From sequence record NC_054928.1: DNA of 64,000 nt; one strand, given 5' to 3'. Within the stretch, counting starts at the first letter, position 1. Each line of letters begins with the position of its first letter. A program made the position numbers and the translations under genes. This stretch comes from Escherichia phage vB_vPM_PD112. The notes below the pieces were generated by a model. That model searched no databases. It saw only the letters and a list, made by a program, of their open reading frames with translations, and had not been told where the DNA came from. This document shows positions 1 to 14,331 of the stretch, piece by piece.

Positions 1-2709
<2,709 letters not shown>

Positions 2710-2737
2710 TATTAAAGCATATTAAAGAGGATTAAAA

Positions 2738-4717
2738 ATGACTTTATTATCTCCGGGCATTGAGCTCAAAGAAACTACGGTTCAAAGCACCGTGGTTAAT
2801 AACTCTACTGGTACAGCAGCTTTGGCCGGTAAATTCCAGTGGGGTCCTGCTTTTCAGATCAAACAGGTTACAAATGAAGTAGATTTAGTTAATACTTTTG
2901 GTCAACCTACAGCTGAAACTGCTGACTATTTTATGTCTGCAATGAATTTCTTACAATATGGAAATGATTTGCGAGTTGTGCGTGCTGTCGATAGAGATAC
3001 CGCTAAAAACTCATCTCCGATTGCCGGTAATATTGAATACACAATTTCTACCCCAGGTAGTAACTACGCAGTTGGAGATAAAATCACGGTCAAATATGTT
3101 TCAGATGCTATTGAAACTGAAGGTAAAATTACTGAAGTAGACGTAGATGGAAAAATTAAGAAAATTAATATTCCTACTGCAAAAATTATCGCTAAAGCTA
3201 AAGAAGTCGGTGAATATCCGGAATTAGGTTCTAACTGGACTGCGGAAATTTCTTCATCTTCCTCTGGTTTAGCTGCAGTAATAACTCTTGGAAAAATTAT
3301 TACTGATTCTGGTATTTTATTAGCTGAAATTGAAAATGCTGAAGCTGCTATGACAGAGGTTGGCTTTCAAGCAAATCTCGAAAAATACGGAATTCCAGGA
3401 GTAGTAGCGCTTTATCCAGGCGAATTAGGCGATAAAATTGAAATTGAAATAGTATCTAAAGCTGACTATGCAAAAGGTGCTTCTGCATTACTCCCAATTT
3501 ATCCAGGCGGTGGTACTCGTGCATCTACTGCTAAAACTGTGTTTGGATATGGACCACAAACTGATTCACAGTACGCTATTATAGTTCGTCGTAATGATGC
3601 TATTGTTCAAAGCGTTGTTCTTTCAACAAAGCGCGGTGAAAAAGATATTTACGATAGTAACATCTATATCGATGACTTTTTCGCAAAAGGTGGTTCAGAA
3701 TATATTTTTGCAACTGCACAAAACTGGCCAGAAGGCTTCTCTGGAATTTTAACTCTGTCTGGTGGATTATCATCAAATGCTGAAGTAACAGCAGGAGATT
3801 TAATGGAAGCCTGGGACTTCTTTGCTGACCGTGAATCTGTTGACGTTCAGTTGTTTATTGCGGGTTCTTGTGCCGGTGAATCTTTAGAAACAGCATCTAC
3901 TGTCCAAAAACACGTCGTTTCAATCGGGGATGCTCGCCAGGATTGCTTAGTATTGTGCTCACCACCGCGCGAAACTGTAGTTGGAATTCCTGTAACTCGC
4001 GCTGTTGATAACTTAGTCAATTGGAGAACCGCAACAGGTTCATACACTGATAATAACTTTAATATCAGTTCAACCTATGCAGCAATTGATGGTAACTACA
4101 AATATCAGTATGACAAATATAATGATGTCAATCGCTGGGTTCCATTAGCAGCTGATATTGCTGGTTTATGCGCAAGAACTGATAACGTATCTCAGACTTG
4201 GATGTCTCCAGCTGGTTATAATCGTGGTCAGATTCTTAACGTTATTAAACTTGCTATTGAAACTCGCCAGGCTCAGCGCGACCGTTTATACCAAGAAGCT
4301 ATCAACCCGGTAACTGGTACAGGTGGTGATGGTTACGTATTGTATGGTGATAAAACAGCTACTTCTGTTCCTTCTCCATTTGATCGTATTAACGTTCGTC
4401 GTCTGTTTAATATGTTGAAAACGAATATCGGACGTAGTTCAAAATATCGTTTGTTCGAATTAAACAACGCGTTTACTCGTTCATCATTCCGCACAGAAAC
4501 TGCCCAGTACTTACAGGGAATTAAAGCTCTCGGTGGAATTTATGAATATCGTGTAGTTTGCGATACAACAAATAACACTCCGTCAGTAATTGATAGAAAT
4601 GAGTTTGTTGCAACATTCTACATCCAACCGGCGCGCAGTATAAATTATATCCAACTTAATTTCGTCGCAACTGCTACTGGTGCAGATTTCGATGAGTTAA
4701 CTGGTCTTGCAGGTTAA
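2738..4717 (+). CDS. 18: Tail sheath protein gp18
   Basis: 659-aa ORF, MTLLSPGIELKETTVQSTVVNNSTG..., matches T4 gp18 in length and sequence. Confidence 0.93.
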   Translation: MTLLSPGIELKETTVQSTVVNNSTGTAALAGKFQWGPAFQIKQVTNEVDLVNTFGQPTAETADYFMSAMNFLQYGNDLRVVRAVDRDTAKNSSPIAGNIEYTISTPGSNYAVGDKITVKYVSDAIETEGKITEVDVDGKIKKINIPTAKIIAKAKEVGEYPELGSNWTAEISSSSSGLAAVITLGKIITDSGILLAEIENAEAAMTEVGFQANLEKYGIPGVVALYPGELGDKIEIEIVSKADYAKGASALLPIYPGGGTRASTAKTVFGYGPQTDSQYAIIVRRNDAIVQSVVLSTKRGEKDIYDSNIYIDDFFAKGGSEYIFATAQNWPEGFSGILTLSGGLSSNAEVTAGDLMEAWDFFADRESVDVQLFIAGSCAGESLETASTVQKHVVSIGDARQDCLVLCSPPRETVVGIPVTRAVDNLVNWRTATGSYTDNNFNISSTYAAIDGNYKYQYDKYNDVNRWVPLAADIAGLCARTDNVSQTWMSPAGYNRGQILNVIKLAIETRQAQRDRLYQEAINPVTGTGGDGYVLYGDKTATSVPSPFDRINVRRLFNMLKTNIGRSSKYRLFELNNAFTRSSFRTETAQYLQGIKALGGIYEYRVVCDTTNNTPSVIDRNEFVATFYIQPARSINYIQLNFVATATGADFDELTGLAG

Positions 4718-4729
4718 TTGATTGATTGT

Positions 4730-4743
4730 GGGGCTTCGGCCCC
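4730..4743 (+). terminator. Stem-loop GGGGC-UUCG-GCCCC downstream of gene 18
   Basis: Perfect 5-bp GC stem with UUCG tetraloop; no strong U-tract. Confidence 0.5.
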
Positions 4744-4760
4744 TATTCTCGAGGAAACAA

Positions 4761-5366
4761 GTGATTATTTCTAAGTTTGTTACAATAAAACCAAGAAATC
4801 ATTCAAAAATGTGGTCGACAATTCTAGGATATAAAGTATCATATCATGATACAGTATCTGTTCCAATAGAATTAATGCCAAAGAATAGTAATAAAATAGT
4901 TGACGCTAAATGTGATTTGTGCGGTATTAAATTTAGTAGAAGCATTCAGCTTTTAAATAGAACACCTACACATGCATGTAGAAAATGTAGCATTAAACAA
5001 GTTGCTATTAAAAATTCGGAAGTTCAATCCGGAATAAGCAGACCATGGCAAAGAGGCGATAAACACCCTCGATGGACTGGTAAAAGAAAAGAGTTTGCAT
5101 TATATGCTAGTAGAGTTCATTCTATAACTAAGTCAGCTAAAATAAGAAAAATTTGGTCAAAATGGCCGAATGCTGATAAAATAGGAGTGTGCGGTGTAGA
5201 AGGTGCTTACCAACTCGATCATAAAGTATCTATCAAATATGGATTTGATAATTTAATTCCGCCGGAAATTATAGCAAGCGTAAAAAATTTAGAAATAATC
5301 ACTTGGGAATCTAACCGAGAAAAGTCAAAAAGAAATAGCGTAGATCTTTGGGATTTACTAGAATGA
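4761..5366 (+). CDS. HNH-family homing endonuclease-like protein (free-standing, between genes 18 and 19)
   Basis: CDLCG...CRKC zinc-finger pairs and HNH core AYQLDHKVSIKYGFDN...NLEIITWESNREKS; start uncertain (GTG 4761 with GAGGAA SD, or ATG 4809). Confidence 0.65.
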   Translation: MIISKFVTIKPRNHSKMWSTILGYKVSYHDTVSVPIELMPKNSNKIVDAKCDLCGIKFSRSIQLLNRTPTHACRKCSIKQVAIKNSEVQSGISRPWQRGDKHPRWTGKRKEFALYASRVHSITKSAKIRKIWSKWPNADKIGVCGVEGAYQLDHKVSIKYGFDNLIPPEIIASVKNLEIITWESNREKSKRNSVDLWDLLE

Positions 5367-5373
5367 TTCTAAA

Positions 5374-5391
5374 GGCCTGTTTCGGCAGGCC
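5374..5391 (+). terminator. Stem-loop GGCCUG-(6 nt)-CAGGCC downstream of the HNH ORF
   Basis: Inverted repeat seen directly. Confidence 0.4.
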
Positions 5392-5392
5392 A

Positions 5393-5400
5393 TATAAATA
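5393..5400 (+). promoter_or_regulatory. Late promoter box TATAAATA (distal copy upstream of gene 19)
   Basis: Exact TATAAATA. Confidence 0.5.
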
Positions 5401-5451
5401 CACTATATCCTTAATTCTTTAATTCTATATGCCCTAGGTTAAACATAGGGA

Positions 5452-5459
5452 TATAAATA
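5452..5459 (+). promoter_or_regulatory. Late promoter box TATAAATA (proximal to gene 19)
   Basis: Exact TATAAATA 15 nt before the gene 19 ATG. Confidence 0.6.
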
Positions 5460-5473
5460 CTACAGAGGCTAAT

Positions 5474-5965
5474 ATGTTTGTAGATGATGTAACACGAGCG
5501 TTTGAATCTGGTGATTTTGCTCGACCTAACTTATTCCAAGTAGAAATTTCTTATCTTGGACAAAATTTTACGTTTCAATGTAAAGCCACTGCTTTACCAG
5601 CTGGTATTGTAGAAAAAATTCCAGTCGGATTTATGAACCGTAAAATTAACGTAGCAGGCGATCGTACATTCGATGACTGGACTATTACAGTAATGAATGA
5701 TGAGGCGCATGATGCACGCCAGAAGTTTGTTGACTGGCAAAGCATTGCTGCTGGTCAAGGAAACGAAATTACTGGTGGAAAACCTGCAGAGTATAAAAAG
5801 AGCGCTATTGTTCGTCAATATGCTCGTGATGCTAAAACAGTAACAAAAGAAATTGAAATTAAAGGTCTGTGGCCTACTAACGTGGGTGAACTTCAATTAG
5901 ATTGGGATTCAAACAATGAAATCCAAACCTTTGAAGTAACTCTTGCTCTCGATTATTGGGAATAA
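5474..5965 (+). CDS. 19: Tail tube protein gp19
   Basis: 163 aa, MFVDDVTRAFESGDFARPNLFQVEISYLG..., matches T4 gp19. Confidence 0.93.
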   Translation: MFVDDVTRAFESGDFARPNLFQVEISYLGQNFTFQCKATALPAGIVEKIPVGFMNRKINVAGDRTFDDWTITVMNDEAHDARQKFVDWQSIAAGQGNEITGGKPAEYKKSAIVRQYARDAKTVTKEIEIKGLWPTNVGELQLDWDSNNEIQTFEVTLALDYWE

Positions 5966-5970
5966 AATGA

Positions 5971-5988
5971 ATGGGGAGAAATCCCCAT
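5971..5988 (+). terminator. Stem-loop AUGGGGA-GAAA-UCCCCAU downstream of gene 19
   Basis: Inverted repeat with GAAA tetraloop. Confidence 0.45.
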
Positions 5989-5997
5989 CCTGCTTAA

Positions 5998-7622
<1,625 letters not shown>

Positions 7623-7623
<1 letters not shown>

Positions 7624-7865
7624 TGGAAGGTTTAATTGAAGCTATTAAATCAAACGACCTCGTAGCCGCTCGTAAATTATTTGCTGAAGCCATGGCTGCA
7701 AGAACGATTGATTTAATTAAAGAAGAAAAAATCGCTATCGCTCGTAATTTCTTAATCGAAGGTGAAGAACCTGAAGACGAGGATGATGACGAAGATAGTG
7801 ATGATAAAGACGACAAAAAAGACAAAGACTCTGACGAAGATGACGAAGACGAGGATGATGAATAA
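7623..7865 (+). CDS. 67: Prohead core protein gp67 (acidic C-terminal tail)
   Basis: 80 aa, [20 protein letters not shown]... with poly-Asp/Glu C-terminus. Confidence 0.85.
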
Positions 7866-8290
7866 TGCTTCTGATCCCTGAAACTCATGAATTAGTTCTC
7901 GAGAATGTCGAAGCACTTATTCCTGAAGCACAGGGTCGCTTTGACGAATTGTCTTCTGCTTTAAATAAAGACGATATAAATACAATTGTCGAGAATATGC
8001 TTGATGATGAAACTGATTTAGCAGTTGCATTAGCTTCTATTAATGAAAACATGCCGTTAAATGAATTCATTGTTAAGCACGTTTCAGCTCGTGGTGAAAT
8101 TACACGTACTAAAGACCGCAAAACACGCGAACGTAATGCATTTCAAACCACTGGGCTGTCTAAAGCAAAACGTAGACAAATTGCTCGCAAAGCTACCAAA
8201 ACGAAGATTGCCAATCCAGCAGGTCAATCTCGTGCTCAGCGTAAGCGTAAAAAAGCTCTTAAACGCCGTAAAGCATTAGGATTAAGCTAA
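7865..8290 (+). CDS. 68: Prohead core protein gp68
   Basis: 141 aa; position and size as T4 gp68. Confidence 0.8.
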
Positions 8291-8928
8291 TGAATGAACC
8301 CCAATTACTAATTGAAACTTGGGGTCAACCTGGCGAAATTATTGATGGTGTGCCAATGCTTGAATCCCATGATGGAAAAGACTTAGGTTTAAAACCTGGT
8401 TTATACATCGAAGGAATATTCATGCAAGCAGAAGTCGTCAATAGAAATAAACGTCTTTATCCAAAACGCATATTAGAAAAAGCGGTAAAAGACTATATTA
8501 ATGAGCAAGTTTTAACTAAACAAGCTCTCGGAGAATTAAATCATCCTCCACGCGCTAATGTTGACCCGATGCAAGCCGCTATCATTATAGAAGATATGTG
8601 GTGGAAAGGAAATGACGTATACGGACGAGCTCGTGTTATTGAAGGTGACCACGGTCCTGGAGATAAATTAGCAGCTAATATTCGTGCCGGATGGATTCCA
8701 GGAGTTTCTTCTCGTGGATTAGGTTCATTGACTGACACAAATAAAGGTTATCGTATCGTAAACGAAGGATTCAAATTAACTGTAGGTGTTGATGCAGTAT
8801 GGGGTCCAAGTGCTCCAGATGCATGGGTAACTCCTAAGGAAATTACCGAATCACAGACGGCGGAAGCCGATACAAGTGCCGATGACGCCTATATGGCTCT
8901 CGCAGAGGCCATGAAAAAAGCGTTATAA
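8290..8928 (+). CDS. 21: Prohead protease gp21
   Basis: 212 aa, [29 protein letters not shown]... Confidence 0.9.
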   Translation: MNEPQLLIETWGQPGEIIDGVPMLESHDGKDLGLKPGLYIEGIFMQAEVVNRNKRLYPKRILEKAVKDYINEQVLTKQALGELNHPPRANVDPMQAAIIIEDMWWKGNDVYGRARVIEGDHGPGDKLAANIRAGWIPGVSSRGLGSLTDTNKGYRIVNEGFKLTVGVDAVWGPSAPDAWVTPKEITESQTAEADTSADDAYMALAEAMKKAL

Positions 8929-8931
8929 ATA
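8924..8931 (+). promoter_or_regulatory. Late promoter box TATAAATA upstream of gene 22
   Basis: Exact TATAAATA overlapping the gene 21 stop. Confidence 0.55.
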
Positions 8932-8958
8932 TTATTATCTAAACAACAGGACTACAAA

Positions 8959-9768
8959 ATGCTTAAAGAACAACTGATTGCTGAAGCGCAAAAAATTGAT
9001 GCTTCCGTTGCTCTTGATAGTATTTTCGAATCAGTTAATATTTCTCCGGAAGCAAAAGAAACTTTCGGCACTGTATTCGAAGCTACCGTCAAGCAGCACG
9101 CCGTTAAATTAGCTGAATCTCATATCGCTAAAATTGCTGAAAAAGCAGAAGAAGAAGTAGAAAAAAATAAAGAAGAAGCCGAAGAAAAAGCTGAGAAGAA
9201 AATCGCTGAGCAAGCTTCTAAATTCATTGACCATCTTGCAAAAGAATGGCTCGCTGAAAATAAATTAGCAGTTGATAAAGGCATCAAAGCCGAACTGTTT
9301 GAATCCATGCTTGGTGGATTAAAAGAGCTCTTTGTTGAACACAACGTTGTTGTTCCAGAAGAATCAGTTGATATTGTAGCTGAAATGGAAGAAGAGCTGC
9401 AAGAACATAAAGAAGAATCAGCTCGTCTGTTCGAAGAACTCAATAAGCGTGACGCATATATCAATTATGTGCAGCGTGAAGTGGCATTGAGCGAAAGTAC
9501 TAAAGATCTGACTGAGTCTCAAAAAGAAAAAGTCTCTGCTCTGGTCGAAGGTATGGATTATTCAGATGAATTCTCAAGTAAATTGAGTGCCATCGTAGAA
9601 ATGGTGAAGAAGTCTAATAAAGATGAAAGCACTATTACTGAGGGTATAAATACTCCTGATACTGAAGCAGCCGGACTAAATTTCGTCACTGAAGCTGTAG
9701 AAGATAAAGCTGCACCTGGTGCAGAAGATATTGTAAGTGTATATGCGAAAGTCGCATCTCGTTTCTAA
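8959..9768 (+). CDS. 22: Prohead core scaffold protein gp22
   Basis: 269 aa, coiled-coil and Glu-rich, MLKEQLIAEAQKIDASVALDSIFESV... Confidence 0.9.
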   Translation: MLKEQLIAEAQKIDASVALDSIFESVNISPEAKETFGTVFEATVKQHAVKLAESHIAKIAEKAEEEVEKNKEEAEEKAEKKIAEQASKFIDHLAKEWLAENKLAVDKGIKAELFESMLGGLKELFVEHNVVVPEESVDIVAEMEEELQEHKEESARLFEELNKRDAYINYVQREVALSESTKDLTESQKEKVSALVEGMDYSDEFSSKLSAIVEMVKKSNKDESTITEGINTPDTEAAGLNFVTEAVEDKAAPGAEDIVSVYAKVASRF

Positions 9769-9786
9769 TTTTAAAGGTTAACACAA

Positions 9787-11352
9787 ATGACTATCAAAAC
9801 TAAAGCTGAACTTTTGAACAAATGGAAGCCATTACTGGAAGGTGAAGGTTTACCGGAAATTGCTAATAGCAAACAAGCGATTATCGCTAAAATCTTTGAA
9901 AACCAGGAAAAAGATTTCCAGACAGCTCCAGAGTACAAAGACGAAAAAATTGCTCAGGCGTTCGGTTCTTTCTTAACAGAAGCTGAAATCGGTGGTGACC
10001 ACGGTTACAATGCTACTAACATCGCTGCAGGTCAGACTTCTGGCGCAGTAACTCAGATTGGTCCAGCTGTTATGGGTATGGTACGTCGTGCTATTCCTAA
10101 CCTGATTGCTTTCGATATTTGCGGTGTTCAGCCGATGAACAGCCCGACTGGTCAGGTATTCGCACTGCGTGCTGTATATGGTAAAGACCCAATCGCTTCC
10201 GGTGCTAAAGAAGCATTCCACCCAATGTATGGTCCAGATGCAATGTTCTCTGGTCAAGGTGCTGCTAAGAAATTCACAGCTCTGGCTGCTAGCACACAAA
10301 CCGTTGTAGGTGATATCTATACTCACTTCTTCCAGGAAACTGGTACTGTGTATCTGCAAGCTTCCGCTGTAGTAACAATTAGTTCAAGCGCAACTGATGC
10401 AGATAAATTAGATGCTGAAATTAAGAAACAAATGGAAGCTGGTGCACTGGTAGAAATCGCTGAAGGTATGGCTACTTCTATCGCTGAACTCCAGGAAGGT
10501 TTCAACGGTTCTACCGATAACCCATGGAATGAAATGGGCTTCCGTATCGATAAACAAGTTATCGAAGCTAAATCTCGTCAGCTGAAAGCTGCTTACTCTA
10601 TTGAATTAGCACAAGACCTCCGCGCTGTTCACGGTATGGATGCTGATGCTGAACTGTCTGGTATTCTGGCTACAGAAATCATGCTGGAAATCAACCGTGA
10701 AGTTGTTGATTGGATTAACTACTCAGCTCAGGTTGGTAAATCTGGTATGACCCTGACTCCGGGTTCTAAAGCTGGTGTATTTGACTTCCAGGATCCGATT
10801 GATATTCGTGGTGCTCGCTGGGCGGGTGAATCCTTTAAAGCTCTGTTGTTCCAGATTGACAAAGAAGCAGTTGAAATTGCTCGTCAGACTGGTCGCGGCG
10901 AAGGTAACTTCATTATCGCTTCCCGTAACGTAGTTAACGTTCTGGCTTCAGTTGATACTGGCATTTCTTATGCTGCACAGGGTCTGGCTACCGGCTTTAA
11001 CACTGATACTACCAAGTCAGTATTTGCGGGTGTTCTGGGTGGTAAATACCGTGTATATATCGATCAGTATGCTAAACAGGATTATTTCACTGTAGGTTAT
11101 AAAGGTCCGAACGAAATGGATGCTGGTATTTACTATGCTCCATATGTAGCTCTGACTCCGCTGCGTGGTTCCGATCCGAAGAACTTCCAACCAGTAATGG
11201 GATTCAAAACTCGTTACGGTATCGGTATCAACCCATTTGCAGAATCCGCTGCTCAGGCTCCGGCTTCTCGCATCCAGAGCGGTATGCCTTCTATTCTGAA
11301 TAGCCTTGGTAAAAACGCTTACTTTAGACGTGTATATGTTAAAGGTATCTAA
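9787..11352 (+). CDS. 23: Major capsid protein gp23
   Basis: 521 aa, MTIKTKAELLNKWKPLLEGEGLPEIANSKQAIIAKIFENQEKDFQTAPEYKDEKIAQAF... Confidence 0.96.
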   Translation: MTIKTKAELLNKWKPLLEGEGLPEIANSKQAIIAKIFENQEKDFQTAPEYKDEKIAQAFGSFLTEAEIGGDHGYNATNIAAGQTSGAVTQIGPAVMGMVRRAIPNLIAFDICGVQPMNSPTGQVFALRAVYGKDPIASGAKEAFHPMYGPDAMFSGQGAAKKFTALAASTQTVVGDIYTHFFQETGTVYLQASAVVTISSSATDADKLDAEIKKQMEAGALVEIAEGMATSIAELQEGFNGSTDNPWNEMGFRIDKQVIEAKSRQLKAAYSIELAQDLRAVHGMDADAELSGILATEIMLEINREVVDWINYSAQVGKSGMTLTPGSKAGVFDFQDPIDIRGARWAGESFKALLFQIDKEAVEIARQTGRGEGNFIIASRNVVNVLASVDTGISYAAQGLATGFNTDTTKSVFAGVLGGKYRVYIDQYAKQDYFTVGYKGPNEMDAGIYYAPYVALTPLRGSDPKNFQPVMGFKTRYGIGINPFAESAAQAPASRIQSGMPSILNSLGKNAYFRRVYVKGI

Positions 11353-11366
11353 TCTTTGACGATTTA

Positions 11367-11396
11367 AGGGACCTTCGGGTCCCTTTAGTTGTTTTT
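11367..11396 (+). terminator. Intrinsic terminator (AGGGACC-UUCG-GGUCCCU plus U-rich tail) after gene 23
   Basis: GC stem, UUCG loop, followed by TTAGTTGTTTTTA. Confidence 0.7.
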
Positions 11397-11400
11397 ATGG

Positions 11401-11408
11401 TATAAATA
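11401..11408 (+). promoter_or_regulatory. Late promoter box TATAAATA upstream of gene 24
   Basis: Exact TATAAATA. Confidence 0.6.
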
Positions 11409-11435
11409 AATCATATAAACCAAAAGGAAAGCGCA

Positions 11436-12719
11436 ATGGCTAAAATCAACGAACTTCTGCGCGAATCAACCACAACGAATAGCAACTCAATCGGTCGCCC
11501 AAATCTCGTTGCTTTGACTCGCGCTACCACTAAATTAATATATTCTGACATTGTAGCAACGCAAAGAACTAATCAACCTGTTGCTGCTTTTTACGGTATC
11601 AAATACCTTAACCCAGATAACGAATTTACATTTAAAACTGGTGCTACTTACGCTGGCGAAGCTGGATATGTAGACCGAGAACAAATCACAGAATTAACAG
11701 AAGAGTCTAAATTAACTCTCAATAAAGGCGATTTATTCAAATATAATAATATCGTTTATAAAGTATTAGAAGATACACCATTTGCTACCATTGAAGAAAG
11801 TGATTTAGAATTAGCTCTTCAGATTGCAATTGTTCTTTTAAAGGTTCGTCTATTTTCTGACGCAGCGTCAACAAGCAAATTTGAAAGCTCTGATAGTGAA
11901 ATTGCGGATGCTAGATTCCAGATTAATAAATGGCAAACCGCAGTTAAATCTCGTAAACTTAAAACTGGTATCACAGTTGAATTAGCACAAGATTTAGAAG
12001 CAAATGGATTCGATGCTCCTAATTTCCTGGAAGATTTGCTTGCAACTGAAATGGCGGATGAAATCAATAAAGATATTCTACAGTCTTTGATTACAGTATC
12101 AAAACGCTATAAAGTTACAGGAATTACTGATACTGGATTCATTGATTTGAGCTATGCATCTGCACCTGAAGCTGGTCGTTCATTATACCGAATGGTATGT
12201 GAAATGGTTTCGCATATCCAAAAAGAATCAACTTACACAGCAACGTTCTGTGTTGCTTCAGCTCGTGCCGCCGCGATTCTTGCTGCATCAGGTTGGTTAA
12301 AACATAAACCAGAAGATGACAAATATCTTTCACAAAATGCCTACGGGTTCTTAGCTAATGGTTTACCGCTTTATTGTGATACTAACAGCCCATTAGATTA
12401 TGTAATCGTTGGTGTGGTAGAAAATATTGGCGAAAAAGAAATTGTTGGATCAATTTTCTATGCTCCGTATACAGAAGGTCTTGACTTAGATGACCCTGAA
12501 CATGTAGGTGCATTTAAAGTTGTAGTTGACCCAGAAAGTTTGCAGCCATCTATCGGTTTATTAGTTAGATATGCTTTATCAGCAAATCCTTACACTGTAG
12601 CAAAAGATGAAAAAGAAGCAAGAATAATTGATGGTGGAGACATGGATAAAATGGCGGGTCGTTCAGATTTGTCTGTTTTATTAGGTGTTAAGCTACCAAA
12701 AATTATCGTTGATGAATAA
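11436..12719 (+). CDS. 24: Head vertex protein gp24 (gp23 paralog)
   Basis: 427 aa, MAKINELLRESTTTNSNSIGRPNLVALTRATTKLIYSDIVATQRTNQP... Confidence 0.92.
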   Translation: MAKINELLRESTTTNSNSIGRPNLVALTRATTKLIYSDIVATQRTNQPVAAFYGIKYLNPDNEFTFKTGATYAGEAGYVDREQITELTEESKLTLNKGDLFKYNNIVYKVLEDTPFATIEESDLELALQIAIVLLKVRLFSDAASTSKFESSDSEIADARFQINKWQTAVKSRKLKTGITVELAQDLEANGFDAPNFLEDLLATEMADEINKDILQSLITVSKRYKVTGITDTGFIDLSYASAPEAGRSLYRMVCEMVSHIQKESTYTATFCVASARAAAILAASGWLKHKPEDDKYLSQNAYGFLANGLPLYCDTNSPLDYVIVGVVENIGEKEIVGSIFYAPYTEGLDLDDPEHVGAFKVVVDPESLQPSIGLLVRYALSANPYTVAKDEKEARIIDGGDMDKMAGRSDLSVLLGVKLPKIIVDE

Positions 12720-12723
12720 AACA

Positions 12724-12750
12724 AAGGGACCTTTCGGTCCCTTTTTATTT
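12724..12750. terminator. Bidirectional terminator hairpin between convergent genes 24 and rnlB
   Basis: AAAGGGACC-UUUC-GGUCCCUUU with T-run; flanked by convergent stops. Confidence 0.7.
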
Positions 12751-13753
12751 AACTTACCAATTCAATCCAAGCCGGACGAAGTACATCTTGTACCATTTTA
12801 ACTAATTCCTTTTTAACCAAAGAAGGATTATCTGCTTGAGTTAGAGTAATACCTTCACGAGAAGTTTCTTCCAAAATATCTTGAACAGTTAGTCCCATCA
12901 CCTTTCCAAAATCTTTTGGACCAATTTCGCCAATTTTAGAAATAACGTTATTTACTCGGTTCAGTGTAACGTAGCAAGCTAAAATTCCCAGCAATTTATT
13001 ATCAGCTTCTGACAACTCAACTTTAGCTTTAATAGGTTTATCAGACTTTTTCTTTTCACTAAATTTAGAGTTCTTGCATTTGATGGCTACGCGATTGCCA
13101 TTAGGCATCCAAGAAGGATAACAAGGTTTCAATACATATCCTTCAGCAGTAAATACTTCGCCTTTTGCTTCGGCATTCCAAACGCATTTATTTGCATCAA
13201 CTAATCCAGCATGGTCTACTGTAAAATTATAATCTTGGACGACAGAATCTAAATCATTTGGCAATTTAATAAGCTCTTCAAATTTACCGCGACCCAAAAG
13301 TGGAGCCATTTTAAATTTAAATGTATTACAGAATGATTCCATCATATAATCATCGACATAAGTCACATCACCACTTTCGGTAGTAACAATAATGTCAAAT
13401 ACATAAAAATCTTTATCACCATAATCAACATTCTTCTGAATGCCAGGTCCAGCGAATTCGCCAAAGACTTGATAAGATACAACCGCTGAGGTTTCCATAA
13501 TATCTTGTACTGCTTTAATGGAATCAGCGTAATTCTTTAGAATAATTTCATACCCAAAGAAATCTTCAGCAGGAAGAATAGGACCAGTACGTTTAGCACA
13601 AGTTGCTTTATCGCGTTCAATAATCAGTGAGAAATTTGTGCCATGAATCTTTTCACGAGCTACCCATTCGCCACCAGTCAATCCTAAACTGTAGAGTTTT
13701 TCAATGAATTTAGAATTGTAATGATTTTCAAGACTGCTATACTTTTTAAACAT
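12749..13753 (-). CDS. rnlB: RNA ligase 2 (RnlB)
   Basis: 334 aa, [43 protein letters not shown]... (ligase KxHG motif). Confidence 0.9.
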   Translation of the reverse strand: MFKKYSSLENHYNSKFIEKLYSLGLTGGEWVAREKIHGTNFSLIIERDKATCAKRTGPILPAEDFFGYEIILKNYADSIKAVQDIMETSAVVSYQVFGEFAGPGIQKNVDYGDKDFYVFDIIVTTESGDVTYVDDYMMESFCNTFKFKMAPLLGRGKFEELIKLPNDLDSVVQDYNFTVDHAGLVDANKCVWNAEAKGEVFTAEGYVLKPCYPSWMPNGNRVAIKCKNSKFSEKKKSDKPIKAKVELSEADNKLLGILACYVTLNRVNNVISKIGEIGPKDFGKVMGLTVQDILEETSREGITLTQADNPSLVKKELVKMVQDVLRPAWIELVS

Positions 13754-13762
13754 AATTAATCC

Positions 13763-14041
13763 TCAAAATGTAATTTCTAACCAATCACCATCACGCTGAT
13801 CACTATTGACTTTAAAGCTAAATCCTTCTTTTCTCAGCCAATCACCAATTTCTTCAGTAATCAATTTATCACGAGCAGTACAATAATAACTAAAATATGT
13901 TTTACCTTGTTCAGCTGCTTTATTAGCAAGTTCCGAAAAATCTTTAATAAAACACTCTAGTTTAAACTGTTTACTTTTAAGTGCTTTTTCGCGTAATTGA
14001 TTAGCAAAAGATTCATTTTCATAAAGATCATACTGTTCCAT
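13763..14041 (-). CDS. Hypothetical protein (T4 24.2-like)
   Basis: 92-aa ORF at the T4 24.2 position. Confidence 0.6.
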   Translation of the reverse strand: MEQYDLYENESFANQLREKALKSKQFKLECFIKDFSELANKAAEQGKTYFSYYCTARDKLITEEIGDWLRKEGFSFKVNSDQRDGDWLEITF

Positions 14042-14243
14042 TTTTCACCTTCTTATTAATATGTCTTTTTCTATAGACAACTTTTTCTCGAGTCTCAAAT
14101 TTATTCTTAGCAGTCATAGCTCGAGCCCATAATACAGCCACTTCCTTTGCCTGTAAGTTCAATTCACGAGCAATTTCAATGAATGACTTTCCAGACTCAT
14201 GGAGTGTAAACACCACAACCTCAGTTCTCATAATCAATCTCAT
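14028..14243 (-). CDS. Hypothetical protein (T4 24.3-like), possible HTH
   Basis: 71-aa ORF; SFIEIARELNLQAKEVAVLWARA resembles a helix-turn-helix. Confidence 0.55.
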   Translation of the reverse strand: MRLIMRTEVVVFTLHESGKSFIEIARELNLQAKEVAVLWARAMTAKNKFETREKVVYRKRHINKKVKNGTV

Positions 14244-14312
14244 GTTATCGAGTTGGTGCCATTATATACATCGTTTTCTGATTGTGTTTTGTGTGCTTTC
14301 AAAATGAAGAAA

Positions 14313-14326
14313 GGGGCCGAAGCCCC
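14313..14326 (-). terminator. Terminator hairpin GGGGC-UUCG-GCCCC plus U-rich tail downstream of hoc
   Basis: On the minus strand: GGGGCTTCGGCCCCTTTCTTCATTTT. Confidence 0.65.
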
Positions 14327-14331
14327 TGAGA

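Noticed and set aside
2958-3140. Internal 60-aa plus-strand ORF inside gene 18, and similar short ORFs inside genes 34, 37, alt, nrdA and gp17
   Set aside because: All are embedded in well-supported longer genes in another frame or antisense and lack SD sequences; treated as spurious.
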